A DNA stretch of 57,600 bases from Nemertoderma westbladi. Taxonomy: Eukaryota; Animalia; Xenacoelomorpha. The stretch covers positions 1-57,600 of the forward strand of contig JAUCBJ010007295.1 of NCBI GenBank assembly GCA_032718475.1, read 5' to 3'. Position 1 is the first letter of the stretch, and every line of letters starts with the position of its first letter. Below the pieces are notes generated by a model. The model ran no database searches and had not been told where the DNA came from. It saw only the letters and a list, made by a program, of their open reading frames with translations. This document shows, one piece after another, positions 1-13,493 of this stretch. The position numbers and the translations under genes are program-made.

Positions 1-412
1 GGAAGCCCAAAATTATTCTTAATCAGGTTTCAACAGGTTTTCAACTATAGGAAGTTACATTAAAGAGTATATCCAACTAATGCAGCTTTTCTCAACCGCA
101 AACTTGCATCTTAGAAATATTCCCTCCCCACAATCAATATCCGGTGACTGGCCGGGGCTCGGTGGTCTGTTAAGTCACGTCTCCAGCATCGGCGTTTTTC
201 CCCCTGGTGTAGGAATAACGGCAACATCTGTGCATCTCAATGTGCAGATTCATCAGGGCATAGTAGTAGTAGTAGTACCCATCCAGTTTAATAGCTCAAC
301 TTAATTAATAGTTTAAATTTTATAATTAATTAATTAATTTAATTAATATCAGCATGCAGAAGCAATACTCGAGCGGAATATTTATTTAACTACTTCCGTC
401 CTGTTTGCAGTC

Positions 413-495
413 TCCAAAACAATAAACGAAAGTCACATGTTAAGAGTTATATTTCGCGAATAATCAGCTGTTGTGTGTTTCGATTTTCCCCTGTG
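413..495 (+). repeat. Copy of a short dispersed repeat family (aaccaaaacaataaac...cagctgtt...cgattttcccctg); other copies at ~1621-1705 and ~30097-30185
   Basis: Three colinear, diverged copies are visible. The core tttattgttttggtt (often followed ~20 bp later by taacctgctcctttcc) also recurs at ~13474, 14556, 38982, 39954 and 48318. Confidence 0.65.
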
Positions 496-595
496 AATGC
501 GTCTAGAGATGCAATTTTAATATTACAAATGTGTTCAGAATACGTTTGTCTCAGTTAATTTTAAAATTTAAAAAAATCAGATTTTTTGTTAATTA

Positions 596-882
596 TGGTC
601 GATGTTCCTACAGACATAGCTACGATTGTCGATGTTCCCCCAGACAAGGCTACAGTGTTCGATGATCCCGCAGACAAAGCTATGTTGGTCGATGTTCCCC
701 TAGACAAAGCAACGAGTGTCGATGTTCCTGCAGACATAGCTACGATTGTCGATGTTCCCCCAGACAAGGCTACAGTGTTCGATGATCCCGCAGACAAAGC
801 TATGTTGGTCGATGTTCCCCTAGACAAAGCTACGAGTGTCGATGTTCCTGCAGACATAGCTACGATTGTCGATGTTCCCCCA
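596..882. repeat. Tandem repeat, 30-bp subunits in a 120-bp higher-order unit (about 2.4 copies)
   Basis: gtcgatgttcc(c/t)...cagaca recurs every 30 bp; the lines starting at 661/721 are near-identical to those at 781/841. ORFs 561..857 and 586..969 are by-products. Confidence 0.95.
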
Positions 883-2341
883 GATGGACTCAGTCCATGC
901 TTGTGTGGAGAGGGCCATGAAGCGCTGCGGGGATATTATGCTTCTATCACTGCTTATACCTGTAATTAAGTTGAGTAGAAATATACCGTATAATGTAATA
1001 GAAGTTACTAGTGATGATATAAACGATTTCAAGGAGTATTCCAGATCTCTTGGAATCTTAAAGACCAGAGAGAGTGACAATGAGGTGAATGTCAATTGGC
1101 CTTCAATGTGCCAAATATTGGTTAAAAAGGTAGACCCAGAGAAAATTTACTTCAAGAATATGCATCAACAACCGGAATTTGATGCCATTACTCTTCCCAA
1201 AATTCGAGAAAAAAAATATATTTCAGCTATAGCTAAAGCATATTCTTCAGCTCCACGATTGGCTACAGGAAAGTATGATGACCTCGTTTCGCTCTGTACT
1301 GGTAATACACCAGTGATACCCGCCGTGTATTCGCAATTTTATCTTTCCCTTCCACATCAGTAATTCAACAAACATATTGGAAAACTTAACAACAGGTACT
1401 CATACTAATCTTATGAATTAACTCAATACTCATTGAAGGAGTAGTAATTAAATAATATTGTTCTCTATAATTCTTAAAATATTTTACATTCAGAAGAAAA
1501 CAATTCATTGTTTTCCATTTATACGGGGGGCGGGGGGGGGGGGTGTGGGGGTCGAGGGCGAATCAACAATGTCAATTTTCAATTTAGGGAAAGGAACAGG
1601 TTCCTGTGACCGGTTATTCTAACCAACACAACAATAATCGAAAGAGAAGTTACAGTTTCATTTTTGCTTCTAATAAGCTGTTATTTCCATCGATTTTCCC
1701 CTGGATAGTTAAATGTTGATCTTCTGGGGGGATAAATAAAAGTGTTGTATTATGAGAGTATTTAACATTGGAAGTAAGTGTGGCATCCTCTCTGCCTTAT
1801 ATTAACAGCCAAGAGAGCGAGAGTGGAGCCTTTGGATTGCCTTTGGTGTTTTGTGTTTCACGTCCAACAATAACTTTATTACTTTACAATATGAGCAGTG
1901 TTGTACCCACCCACTTGCATAAAAATAAATGTATCATAAATTTTCTTTCAAGTTCAACTCTACTGTCATTGTTTTGGGCAAATTAGTTAATATTGCATAT
2001 TGAAATATGAATAAAACATCAATATAACAATATTAGTAAGGTTTTTTACATTTTAGTTTATATTTTTATAAACATTAATAGGTCGTATTACAAGATAATC
2101 ATTGACTAACTTTTTGACGAACAGACGTTTTGGAAAATTTTTCTTATACGACCTTTCGTCAAATTAAAATTATTTAGAAATACCATATAAGGCCGTTTGC
2201 TTTTTACTGTATAGTGTTTAATACTGAAGATATGAATACGACCTTTTGTCAAAACATAGTTCCACCTTTTATGAACTCAAATACCCAATAAAGTCAAAAT
2301 CGCAAAAATTGCCAATACGACTGTTCGTCATGGTGCCATCG
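881..2341 (+). mobile_element. 5'-truncated DNA transposon remnant (DUF7869/Sola1-like transposase C-terminus at 881..1363, plus probable right end)
   Basis: The ORF has MDSVHACVER (resembling the D-S-x-H-x-x-I/V-E catalytic-region motif) and ends KYDDLVSLC...IPAVYSQFYLSLPH, as I recall for this transposase family. Subterminal repeats atacgac(c/t)..cgtca occur at ~2146, ~2236 and ~2315. The putative terminus ...ggtgccatcg is followed by AATT (AWWT-type target). The superfamily is inferred and no left end was found. Confidence 0.5.
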
Positions 2342-2736
2342 AATTATACAACGCAAAATTAAAAGATATAACCCAAGAAATTTATTCGGGAACAATAATA
2401 ATAATACTGAATGGAATTAAATAGCTCCGTATTTCATGCCTCCATATTTCAACCATTTCCTGGTTCTAGTGGGAATATTTACAAGAACCAGAAATATGAT
2501 AATAAGAACGTAAATTTAAATCCGTGTACTTTATGTAATTTGAATATTTTTATCGTTATATTTTCAAGTTTATAACCTATAGAGACTATTTTTTTTTAAT
2601 AGGATTTCGTGCAGAAATTGAAAAAATTAAAGGGAAGCAGATCATCGGGAATTGATCCTAGGCTTTACGCGGTTCGGCCTATTACCGGTAGACCTTATGT
2701 CTATGACATAAGGCCTACCGTTGTGACACCTATGAC

Positions 2737-2846
2737 AGTGTGGGCCTACAGTTGTAGCTACAGCAACTACAGTGTAGGCCTACAGTTGTAGCTACAGCAA
2801 CTACAGTGTAGGCCTATAGAGCTACAGTGTAGGCCTACAGTTGTAG
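2737..2846. repeat. Short tandem repeat, about 34-bp unit (gtgtaggcctacagttgtagctacagcaactaca), about 3 copies
   Basis: Direct inspection. Confidence 0.8.
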
Positions 2847-5800
2847 TTGAGCCACTTTCCATTACATACTTATTATTTAGTCCACTTCTATCGAACAGGC
2901 AGTACAAATTATTGTATTCATGTTTAGGGGGAGGGGAGGGGGGGGGGGGGGTAACCCTTTTCGGACTTATCGCTCACTCTTCGATTTATCACTCTCAGCG
3001 TTTCAAAATTTTTTGTTTTTGGCTATAATTTGGTATATATAGGTACCTAAGATGCTATTCTACATGACAGGTCAGAAAAATTTTATTTTTCGCTATTTAA
3101 TATTAGTTAATACTAGTTAACAATAAAAAAATCTGTGTTGCTCTTAAAACCCTAAAGGCTTTCACAGTTTTGAATCTAATTACATGAAAGTTTTTTATAT
3201 GATTGATCAATAAGATGGGGCAACATAACTATCAGGCGAAATTTTGTGAAAATAACTCAGCACCGTTAGGTGGCGCTGCAAATTTATGCTAATTTTTAAG
3301 GTTTGTTATAAATAGTATTAAATTTTATTAACAAAAAAATTCAAAAAGTTGTCTGATACTTTTATGCAGGGTGGAAATTTTCAGACTAATTGCTCAAAAA
3401 TTGTAGAAGTACTGTAGTAGGGTTTTAAAGTTGACAATTTCATTAAAAAAATATTTTGAGTTAATCGACCTTTCGTTATACATACAGTAGTAATAGTAAT
3501 TTTAATAGGAATCCCTAAATGGAAATTGTTATAACTTGAAAACTAAAAGAGCTATTAAATAGCGGTTTTCAGATTTGGAAACAGCATTTAATCATGCAGT
3601 ATAATCGATCATATTGGAAACAGCATTTAATCATGCAGTATAATCGATCATAAAATAATTTCGACATATTTTGGACCTGACTTAACTGGTTTTTTTTCGC
3701 TTCGCTTAAGTTGTAATCAAAAATTAATAATGCAAATGGGGAATTATATTTAGATGCAGTTTTAATATTATTAAGATGGGGGCTTTGTATTTGGTTTAAC
3801 GCCTTAATACAATGTGATATGCCGTGAAAATTAACGGCAGGTTGATTTGCATATCAAATTTCACGACATAGTTCACGGGAGATCATTCCGATAGTTGAGT
3901 ATTTAATTTTTTTTAAATAAAACGTTCGAACACATTATGTTCTCCAAACAAAATTATTACGAGCATTGATTTTTCATTACCCCCCATTTTGAGATAATTA
4001 AATGTATTTCCGTATATTATGTAATGAAGTTCATATATATTATTATCCATAGTTAACAACAATATATGATATAAATCAATATATTTCAATATTCAGGTAC
4101 ATGACAACATCTCAAACAAGAATTAGCGTAACACGCGCAGTATACTATTATACCAGCCGTATAATTACCGGTACATTGCTTCCACTGCAGTGTACTTTTC
4201 CAAGGTTACTGGCCTCCCCAATATAAAACGAATAGCTGCATCAATATTGATCGCAACAAGGAAATAGGATAGATAGGTTATCATAGTGCTATTTGTAAAC
4301 CTACTGTATAACTTCGAGATTAATATGGATCAATATGATATATGTTACTGTAATTATATTTATTACCACTAGCAAGTGTTAATTGTGTAGCTTCAATACA
4401 AATCAAAATGGTAACCGCCGGGTGTACTGTAGTTATAGTGTAGGCCTATAAAGTATATGTAAACTACAAAGGTCGTTACTCTCCATTAGAAAGTTGTTAA
4501 AGTTTGAGTTAAAATAACTTCTTTGTTATAATGTTTATCCTTAACACGAGTAGTTGAAAATGGTACATTTAAACACCAAATATAATTTAGTACTTTATTG
4601 TTTTAAAATTAACCCAATTTAACGTTCACCTACGGCACAGCTGTAAATTATTTACTCGTATTAAATTATTTTACTATTATTAAATTATTTTACTAATTTT
4701 CCGCTATTATATACTTTCAATTTCAGTATAGGCCTAAATATTTATTGTATAGTCCAGTGAATAGTCTGACACCAGTTCTTTCGAGGGCACAGGTTGATTA
4801 ACATTTCACCAGTGGCGTAGCCAGGGGGTGGGGGGAATGAGGCCATGCCCCCCCCCCCCCCCCCCCCCCCCCCGAGGAATACTTTTTAATTCCATTCTCC
4901 AGGCCCACAGGACAGCTGTCAGGAGCTCAGCACACATAATATAAATTAATCTCATTATTAAATAATCTATTGGGTTTCATTTGCCGAAGGCTATTTTCGA
5001 TTTTTTTTTTAATATATACGATAAGTACATATACAATAATTAGATAAAACCCATAAATTGATTTTTTTGTTAATTTTATAGATTCTCAATATTTGACAGA
5101 CCAAGAGACTGTCAGACAGTTTATATTTAGTTTTTAGATTTCGATTACACCGCCCAGGAAAACCGTATTTAACACAAATTCTAAATAGGCCTAGTTTGTG
5201 CACTTTCTTAAATTTTAACGGACAGACTGACTGACAGACAGACAAAAGTTTAGGTTCGCAAATAGTGAAAACCGACATCGTAATTGAAATCATCGGCAAG
5301 TAAAACCTCCTTACTAAAAAAAAATGGGTGACAAGTGTGCTTTATTTATTTATTTTTTATATTTCTTGACAGACAAACAGACACAGTGACCTCCAGTAAT
5401 AATAAAAATAAAACATGTTCGGTAAAGGTCCATACACTGACTTGTATCTGAATTCTGACTAGTACCTAATTTTTTACATGTCTGCTTTGAAAAATATCGT
5501 AAAATTTTATATTTGAAAAATCCCCCCAAATACAGAAAATTGGCGGGAACGTTTGAAACTTTCATAACCTCAAAGTCGTTTTTCTCAAAACTTTGTTAAT
5601 ATTATTTGGTCATAAAACTGCTAATTTTCAAAACTCATTATCTAGACAACACTTTATCGGATTTGATATCTGTTTTCAGTGTTCGATTCAGCATAAAGGA
5701 TGTGTAGTTGAATCATTTTTAAAAAATTTATTTTTTTGTAACCCTAGGTCGGTTTCTTAATCAAACCTCACATGTTAACATTTTTTAATTTTCATGGGAA

Positions 5801-5950
5801 TAATTAATTTGGTACACACCACTTGAGATTTTTTTCGATTACTTTACCAATTGGGGGAAAGGAGCAGATTACATTGGCGGGAATAGTACTAGATTGTGAC
5901 AACAGTCGAAAACAAGCGAAAACAGTTGGAATGTAGGGAAAACAGACGAA

Positions 5951-6653
5951 AACAGTTAGATCGTTTAAAAATAATCATCCATGCATCCAGGTGAAAATAG
6001 ATATTGAAGTTAACTAGGTGTAATAATAGATTTAAAATTTAGTGGCATTTATAATGTCGCTAACTTAAGATGACGTTCTACCCATAACCCATGTACAATA
6101 ACACTGATTACCCGTTGCATGATTATGGATTACTCCAGTACGGCAGTAAGCCTACAGAGTAGAGTATTCAGTGAGTCTATTGTACCGGCACCGATAGAAG
6201 AAGATGTTGAAGTACGAAGTTCCGGTGATCTTCGCTTCCAGCTGTTTCCGCCATTATCAGAACAAACAAAATTATTTAATGCTGAAAATGAAATAGGCCT
6301 ATGTGTCTATGTATTTTACGTACCTGGTATCGTTCTTACAGACATGGAGTTCAGACTTAGGCCTACAGTACTAGCTACTACTACTGTATAACAATCAATA
6401 AAGTGCATCTCTGCAATAATAATAAATTCAATACGGTACTACCCAACCGGTACGGACTACAGTAACTACAACAGGTACCGGTACGGCAGTACGGGCACTG
6501 ATATGAGCAGTGTTATTGTACATGGGTACGTCATCTTAAGTTAGCGACATTATAAATGCCACTAAATTTTAAATCTATTATTACACCTAGTTAACTTCAA
6601 TATCTATTTTCACCTGGATGCATGGATGATTATTTTTAAACAATCTAACTGTT
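5951..6653. mobile_element. Foldback/MITE-like element with ~150-bp inverted arms (5951-6107 / 6508-6653)
   Basis: aacagttaga..aataatcatccatgcatccaggtgaaaatagatattgaagttaactaggtg...ttaagatgacgt is matched almost perfectly by its reverse complement at 6521-6653; acccatgtacaataacactg also pairs. No transposase inside. Confidence 0.8.
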
Positions 6654-8054
6654 CTTTCTCTCTAGCTTTTCTAACCAAACAATAAACGATCACTTTACCA
6701 ATTGAGGAAAATAGGAGGTGGTGCGCACCAAATTGAATTGAGCCAATTTCATTAATTTTGATTCGATTTGTTAATAACAATAAAGATAAAGACAATAAGC
6801 TTGGAAGCTCTCCTATTAGGGGTTGTAACTGGCCGCAGAGTTCATTTCCAGTGTCAGTTTTAAGATTTGATGACTTCCACATTGTCTGTTTGGCTCCCAG
6901 GCTATCGGTTTTATTTTGACGGGCAGGACAGGCATACAAACAGAAACGACGAGGCCAAATTTGAATACTGACATCAGAAATGAAATCACCGACTTCATTT
7001 CACCTTCTAAATTGTTAAGATAGATAGTACAGTAGTAACACATTTATAAAGCAAATCACTTGAACTATTTAAAAACTAAAATGGAACGGGGTATGGGGAT
7101 TACATCTGTATAATTTTTAAGTGTAATTATTTAAATCTTATACTAGAAAATAATTAATTTCGATTAAAGGGCAAGCAGAAAAATGATGTGGTAGTGAAGG
7201 ATTACTTTGCAGCCGGAACGCTGCAAAGTAATCCTTCACTAGAAACAATCGACAATTTTGTATTCATTCACAATTGCTCAAACCTAAATTGTGTCTTTAG
7301 TGTCATTTTTTTGATGACATATAGGCCGCAACGCTCAACTACTGCTACTATCGGAGTTCGAAGTCTTACGTATTCGAAGGTCCTCACCTGACTTCCTGAT
7401 CCATAATCCCAGGTAACAGAAGTCATCGACATGCTCAACCATTGAGCCCCCCCCCCCCCCCCCCCCCCCCAACACCCTACCTATATGCACCAAAGGCGCT
7501 GCGCTGATAATTTGACATTTGGTAACAAAAGTGACGAATGACCTACTGTATATACATAGGTCCTACAGTAGTTAAAATTGAAAGTTTTCAATGTGACACG
7601 GAAGTGAAAAGAAACCAATTGAATAAATTCCGATAGAGGGCATCCATCATACATTTCTCTTCTTATTCCTATTGGTAATATTTGGCCTAAATATATTTCC
7701 GATCTATATCTCAGTAAATTGATAAATGGCAATCGGTAGCATTGCCACAGGCCAGTACAATACCCCGTAGAAGTGCTGGCTGGGTGTGTCATTGCTAGAT
7801 TAATCACCAACCCAATTCCCAATAGTGGTAATCTGACCAATCACCGGGCAGGATTTCCCAGTGGCTTGGTTCAACTATACCAATCAATGAATTGCTTAGT
7901 AATACGGCTGTATACCAGGCAGATAATAATTTATGGCCGGGGTATTGATTCTATCAGTTCTTGATATTGTTTGTCGTTCCCCATCCAAGAATCTATTAGT
8001 TATACTCAACTAAATTTTTTATGATTTGATATTTTCGATTTGTGTCCAAAGAAG

Positions 8055-8117
8055 ATGGGCGAACGATTAAGGAGCATTTGCATCGAATGGAAGTTGTTCA
8101 ACTTACCTTTGTTCAAG
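8055..8117 (+). CDS. cux: Cut-like homeobox gene, coding exon 1 (MGERLRSICIEWKLFNLPLFK)
   Basis: ATG at 8055 and donor aag|gtaaat, phase 0. Aligns by eye with the CUX1/CASP N-terminus [21 protein letters not shown]. Confidence 0.8.
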
Positions 8118-9887
8118 GTAAATACCTAATAAATACTTTCACTTTCTATTCTATAATTATTTCATTGCTCAATAGAAATCACAATTGTCATTAATTTTAT
8201 TTATTTATGAATACGTATTTTCGCGGGTGTGGTGGCATGGTACTAGTGGCAGCTCGGCTATATTGTGGCCAATGAATTGTGTTTTATATGTTCAATATCA
8301 ATCTAAATTCCTGGTGTAAATTTGTATATGAACATTGTATTCTTGGGTGTGTGTGCTTGAGGTAGCACGGTAGAAGGTAAGTAAACCGCAAATGTAATAA
8401 TATAACAATATTTTGTTGTTTGTTATGCATTATATGCCGCACATATGTCTTGGGGCCATGGAATTGATCAGTTGTCAGTTGATCAAATGCAACCAACTTT
8501 TTTATTATCATAGTCATATATTCAATTCGTCGTACCAATTTTGAGGGGTTGCCATGGAGAAACTCACTGGTTCAAGCTCCAAAGCAGCAAGATGCTTCCA
8601 GGTAGTGGGTTGGTTGGTTGGTTGGGCTGGGAGGCAGCTTTACTTGCTGTTGTTGTATGGCTGAGGCAGCATCACATGGTGCTATCAGCATTGTTAGCTT
8701 GGGCTTATCATTGGTTTTGGTTGGCTATCTAACCTTCAATGCTACCTATGTACAACTTGAACCTATAATGGTAGATATTAAGGCCAACAACTACTTTGGG
8801 AGAATTTATATTTCCGATACTATTGTACAGGAGACAACGGGGCTGTTGAATGCATTAATTACAAGAGCAAGGGGGTAAGGGAGATCTTTTTCATTTTTTC
8901 GGTCGGAATTGATTTGAAAATTTATATAATGAAGAAATTGTATTTTTATTTAATTTATTCACGTTTTAAGAATTACTAATTCGTTAACTGTTTTGGTTAG
9001 ATTCAGCCCATTTTAGTCAAATTGTATTCTTCACATGGGGGTAACTGCAAAGTGAAATATAACGGCAGAAAGTCTGGTATTCTTCACATGGGCCGATAGA
9101 CTGCAAAGTTAAATATATTGTAGGCTTACACATGGGCCAGACTGGGTTACATCAACAACAGTCGGTTTAAGACCTCACAAAAACTCTTGAGGTCTATACG
9201 TATATCTACCAAGTTTCAGCTTGAACGGATAAAAATAACCAATGGAAAGAGGGTTTTCACTTTCAGAATTTTGCCCTCTAGCGGCAAACTTAAGAAGTGT
9301 AAATGGAGCACTTCCCACCAAATCTCAGGAACTTTTCTAGGACTTATACTAAGTTTTAGCACCAAGCACCCTCCGCTTGTGTTTTTGGTGTTTAAAGTGT
9401 TTTTAGCCCCCCCCCCCCCCCCCCCCAGCGCAGTGGCCTCGTAAGGGCGGGGGGCGGAATGTCTGATAGTGAAAACCTTATATAGGCCTAGGTGCTAGAC
9501 CACCCATAGGCTTCGTCTTCATTGGGACGGTAACCCCTCGGCAGTTCTCCAGTCTACCGCTTGGGCTGAAGTGAAAACATTTAAGAATTGTCTGAAATGA
9601 AAACCTTCCGCCATCTAGGTGGTAAAGTGAGTAGGGGACATCTGCTTAGGTTTTGCTTATAATTGACACCATGAGTTTATGTCACGAGCTGCGCTAAAGC
9701 CCCAGTATCAATTTATATCAATTTATTATTAGGATAGAAAGGAAGAGTATTGGTTTTTATATGATATGATATGGGACTGACAGTACCAGAATAACTTGTA
9801 TGGGTCACTATCACAAGCATTGTATTACTAACTATGGAGTTCTATAGAATCGTATTGCTAATTAATTAATTATTACCTCATTTCTAG

Positions 9888-9968
9888 GCGGAACTTGAAG
9901 CCAAAAAAGGGTTTATAGAAGAAATCCAAGCGGAAAGTAAATTAAAGAAAGAGATTGATGACGAGGTG
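9888..9968 (+). CDS. cux: Cux exon 2 (AELEAKKGFIEEIQAESKLKKEIDDEV)
   Basis: Acceptor tttctag, donor gtg|gtaaag (an alternative in-frame donor follows 9965), phase 0-0. Resembles CUX1 [22 protein letters not shown]. Confidence 0.8.
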
Positions 9969-11830
9969 GTAAAGGCTGGCAGACTATTAGACCAGTTACC
10001 GCAGGTTGGTAAAGGCTGACAGACTATTAGACCAGTTACCGCAGGTTGGTAAAGGCTGACAGACTATTAGACCAGTTACCGCAGGTTGGTAAAGGCTGGC
10101 AGACTATTAGACCAGTTACCGCAGGTTGGTAAAGGAAAGGCTGTCAGACTATTAGACCAGTTACCGCAGGTTGGTAAAGGCTGACAGACTATTAGACCAG
10201 TTACCGCAGGTTGGTAAAGGCTGACAGACTATTAGACCAGTTACCGCAGGTTGGTAAAGGCTGACAGACTATTAGACCAGTTACCGCTGGTTGGTAAAGG
10301 AAAGGCTGTCAGACTATTAGACCAGTTACCGCAGGTTGGTAAAGGCTGACAGACTATTAGACCAGTTACCACAGGTTGTTAAAGGAAAGGCTGTCAGACT
10401 ATTAGATCAGTTACTGCAGGTTGGTAAAGGCTGGCAGACTATTAGACCATTTACCGCAGGTTGGTAAAGGCTGACAGACTATTAGACCAGTTACCGCAGG
10501 TTGGTAAAGGCTGACAGACTATAAGACCAGTTACCACAGGTTGGTAAAGGAAAGGCTGTCAGACTATTAGACCAGTTACCGCAGGTTGGTAAAGGCTGAC
10601 AGACTATTAGACCAGTTACCGCAGGTTGGTAAAGGCTGACAGACTATTAGACCAGTTACCGCAGGTTGGTAAAGGCTGACAGACTATTAGACCAGTTACC
10701 ACAGGTTGGTAAAGGAAAGGCTGTCAGACTATTAGATCAGTTACTGCAGGTTGGTAAAGGCTGGCAGACTATTAGACCATTTACCGCAGGTTGGTAAAGG
10801 CTGGCAGACTATTAGACCAGTTACCGCAGGTTGGTAAAGGAAAGGCTGTCAGACTATTAGACCAGTTACCGCAGGTTGGTAAAGGAAAGGCTGTCAGACT
10901 ATTAGACCAGTTACCGCAGGTTGGTAAAGGCTGACAGACTATTAGACCAGTTACCGCAGGTTGGTAAAGGCTGACAGACTATTAGACCAGTTACCACAGG
11001 TTGTTAAAGGAAAGGCTGTCAGACTATTAGATCAGTTACTGCAGGTTGGTAAAGGCTGGCAGACTATTAGACCATTTACCGCAGGTTGGTAAAGGTTGGC
11101 AGACTATTAGACCATTTACCGCAGGTTGGTAAAGGCTGACAGACTATTAGACCAGTTACCGCAGGTTGGTAAAGGGTGGCAGACTATTAGACCATTTACC
11201 GCAGGTTGGTAAAGGCTGGCAGACTATTAGACCAGTAACTGCAGTTTGGTAAAGGCTGACAGACTATCAGACCAGTTACCGCAGGTTGGTGAAGGCTAAC
11301 AGACTATTAGACCAGTTAACTCAGGTTGGTAAAGGCTAGGAGACTTAGACTCGTTACCACAGGTTGGTAAAGGAAAGGCTGGCAGACTATTAGACCAGTT
11401 ACTAAAGGTTGGTAAAGGCTGGCCGACTATTAGACCAGTAACCGCAGGTTGGTAAAGGAAAGGCTGTCAGACTATTAGACCAGTTACCGCAGGTTGGTAA
11501 AGGAAAGGCTGTCAGACTATTAGACCAGTTAACTCAGGTTGGTAAAGGCTAGCAGACTATTAGACCAGTTTCCCCAGGTTGTCAAAGGCTAGGAGACTTA
11601 GACCCGTTACCACAGGTTGGTAAAGGAAAGGCTGGCAGACTATTAGACCAGTTAACTCAGGTTGGTAAAGGCTGGCAGACTGTTAGACCAATTACCGCAG
11701 GTTGGTAAAGGCTGGCAGACTATTATACCAGTTTTTTCCCCAGGTTGTTAAAGGCTAGGAGACTTAGACCCATTACCACAGGTTGGTAAAGGAAAGGCTG
11801 GCAGACTATTAGACCGGTTACTGTAGATTG
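9966..11830. repeat. Minisatellite, 40-bp unit (gttggtaaaggctgacagactattagaccagttaccgcag) with 45-bp variants, about 45 copies
   Basis: Period of 40 seen directly; variants carry an extra aaagg; copies diverge toward the 3' end; the array starts at the exon 2 donor. Confidence 0.97.
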
Positions 11831-13030
11831 GTAAAACTTACTTTTATCTGTAAATCTTTTATCAGTAAAACTTTTATCAGTAAATCTTTTATCAGTAAAT
11901 CTTTTATCAGTAAACTTTTATCAGTAAAACTTTTATCATTAAAACTTTTATCAGTAAATCTTTTATCAGTAAAACATTTTTTATTTATCTGTAAATATTT
12001 TATCAGTAAAACTTTTATCAGTAAATCTTTTATCAGTAAACTTTTATCAGTAAAACTTTTATCATTAAAACTTTTATCTGTAAATCTTTTATCAGTAAAT
12101 CTATCTTTTATCAGTAAACCTTTTATCAGTGTAAATCTTTTATCAGTGAAACGTTTATCAGTGAAACTTTTATCAGTGAAACTTTTATCAGTAAATCTTT
12201 TATCAGTAAATCTTTTATCAGTAAACTTTTATCAGTAAAACTTTTATCATTAAAACTTTTTTGCAGTAAATCTTTTATCAGTAAAACTTTTATTTGTAAA
12301 TCTTTTATCAGTAAAACTTTTATTAGTAAAACTTGTATCTGTAAATCTTTTATCAGTAAAACTTTTATTAGTAAATCTTTTATCAGTAAAACTTTTTTTA
12401 TTTATCTGTAAATATTTTATCAGTAAAACTTTTATCAGTAAATCTTTTATCAGTAAACTTTTATCAGTAAAACTTTTATCATTAAAACTTTTATCAGTAA
12501 ATCTTTTATCAGTAAATCTATATTTTATCAGTAAACCTTTTATCAGTGTAAATCTTTTATCAGTGAAACGTTTATCAGTGAAACTTTTATCAGTGAAACT
12601 TTTATGAAACTTTTATCAGTAAATCTTTTATCAGTAAATCTTTTATCAGTAAATCTTTTATCAGTAAATCTTTTATCAGTGAAACTTTTATCAGTGAAAC
12701 TTTTATGAAACTTTTATCAGTAAATCTTTTATCAGTAAATCTTTTATCAGTAAACTTTTATGAAACTTTTATCAGTAAATCTTTTATCAGTAAATCTTTT
12801 ATCAGTAAACTTTTATCAGTAAAACTTTTATCATTAAAACTTTTTTGCAGTAAATCTTTTATCAGTAAAACTTTTATTTGTAAATCTTTTATCAGTAAAA
12901 CTTTTATTAGTAAAACTTTTATTAGTAAAACTTTTATTAGTAAAACTTGTATCTGTAAATCTTTTATCAGTGAAATTTTTATCAGTGAAACTTTTATGAA
13001 ACTTATATCAGTAAAACTTATATCCTTTTA
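11830..13030. repeat. Minisatellite, 14-15-bp unit (gtaaa(t/a)cttttatca), about 80 copies
   Basis: Direct inspection; it abuts the 40-bp array and runs up to the exon 3 acceptor. Confidence 0.97.
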
Positions 13031-13032
13031 AG

Positions 13033-13171
13033 GGTTTGGCTGAGGTTGACGAGGTTAAAAGAACGTTTGAATCTTTACAAAATGAAATCGTAAGTCTGCA
13101 GTCGAGAATCTATCGAAGCGAGTCGATGTTTCTCGATATACAACGACGGATTCATCCATTACCTGATCCCG
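13033..13171 (+). CDS. cux: Cux exon 3 (GLAEVDEVKRTFESLQNEIVSLQSRIYRSESMFLDIQRRIHPLPDP)
   Basis: Acceptor ccttttaag, donor g|gtaaat, phase 0-1. Clear similarity to CUX1 [36 protein letters not shown]. Confidence 0.88.
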
Positions 13172-13493
13172 GTAAATAAATTACGCATTAATATTACTAA
13201 TCATTAAAACTATTGGTTTTCCACTAAATTAACTTGAAATAGTTTTGTTATATTGAATCAAATATACAACGTAACCACAAATCCATTCTTCCATTGACAC
13301 TCTGGTATCCATACCAAACTCTGGACTAGATCTACCGACAGCAGGACCCCTGTTCGAGACCAGAGTGAGATTGATTAGACAGGTAGGTAGATATTATCAG
13401 CTAAGGGCAGGCACAAGAATCGTTGTGGGATTTCCGTACTACGTAGACACGATCTACTCACATAATAATTGTGTTTATTGTTTTGGTTGGAAT

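Noticed and set aside
60-277. Possible 3' end of a retroelement with a (tag)n tail
   Set aside because: Only the short tail supports it; no recognisable RT or SINE motifs in the visible part.
8541-8878. Short hydrophobic ORFs in Cux intron 1
   Set aside because: No recognisable homology or consistent splice signals.
11828-13031. ORFs 11828..12238 and 12705..13031 (likewise 17715..18110, 24201..24455 and 56403..57564)
   Set aside because: Translations of minisatellites with no independent coding evidence.
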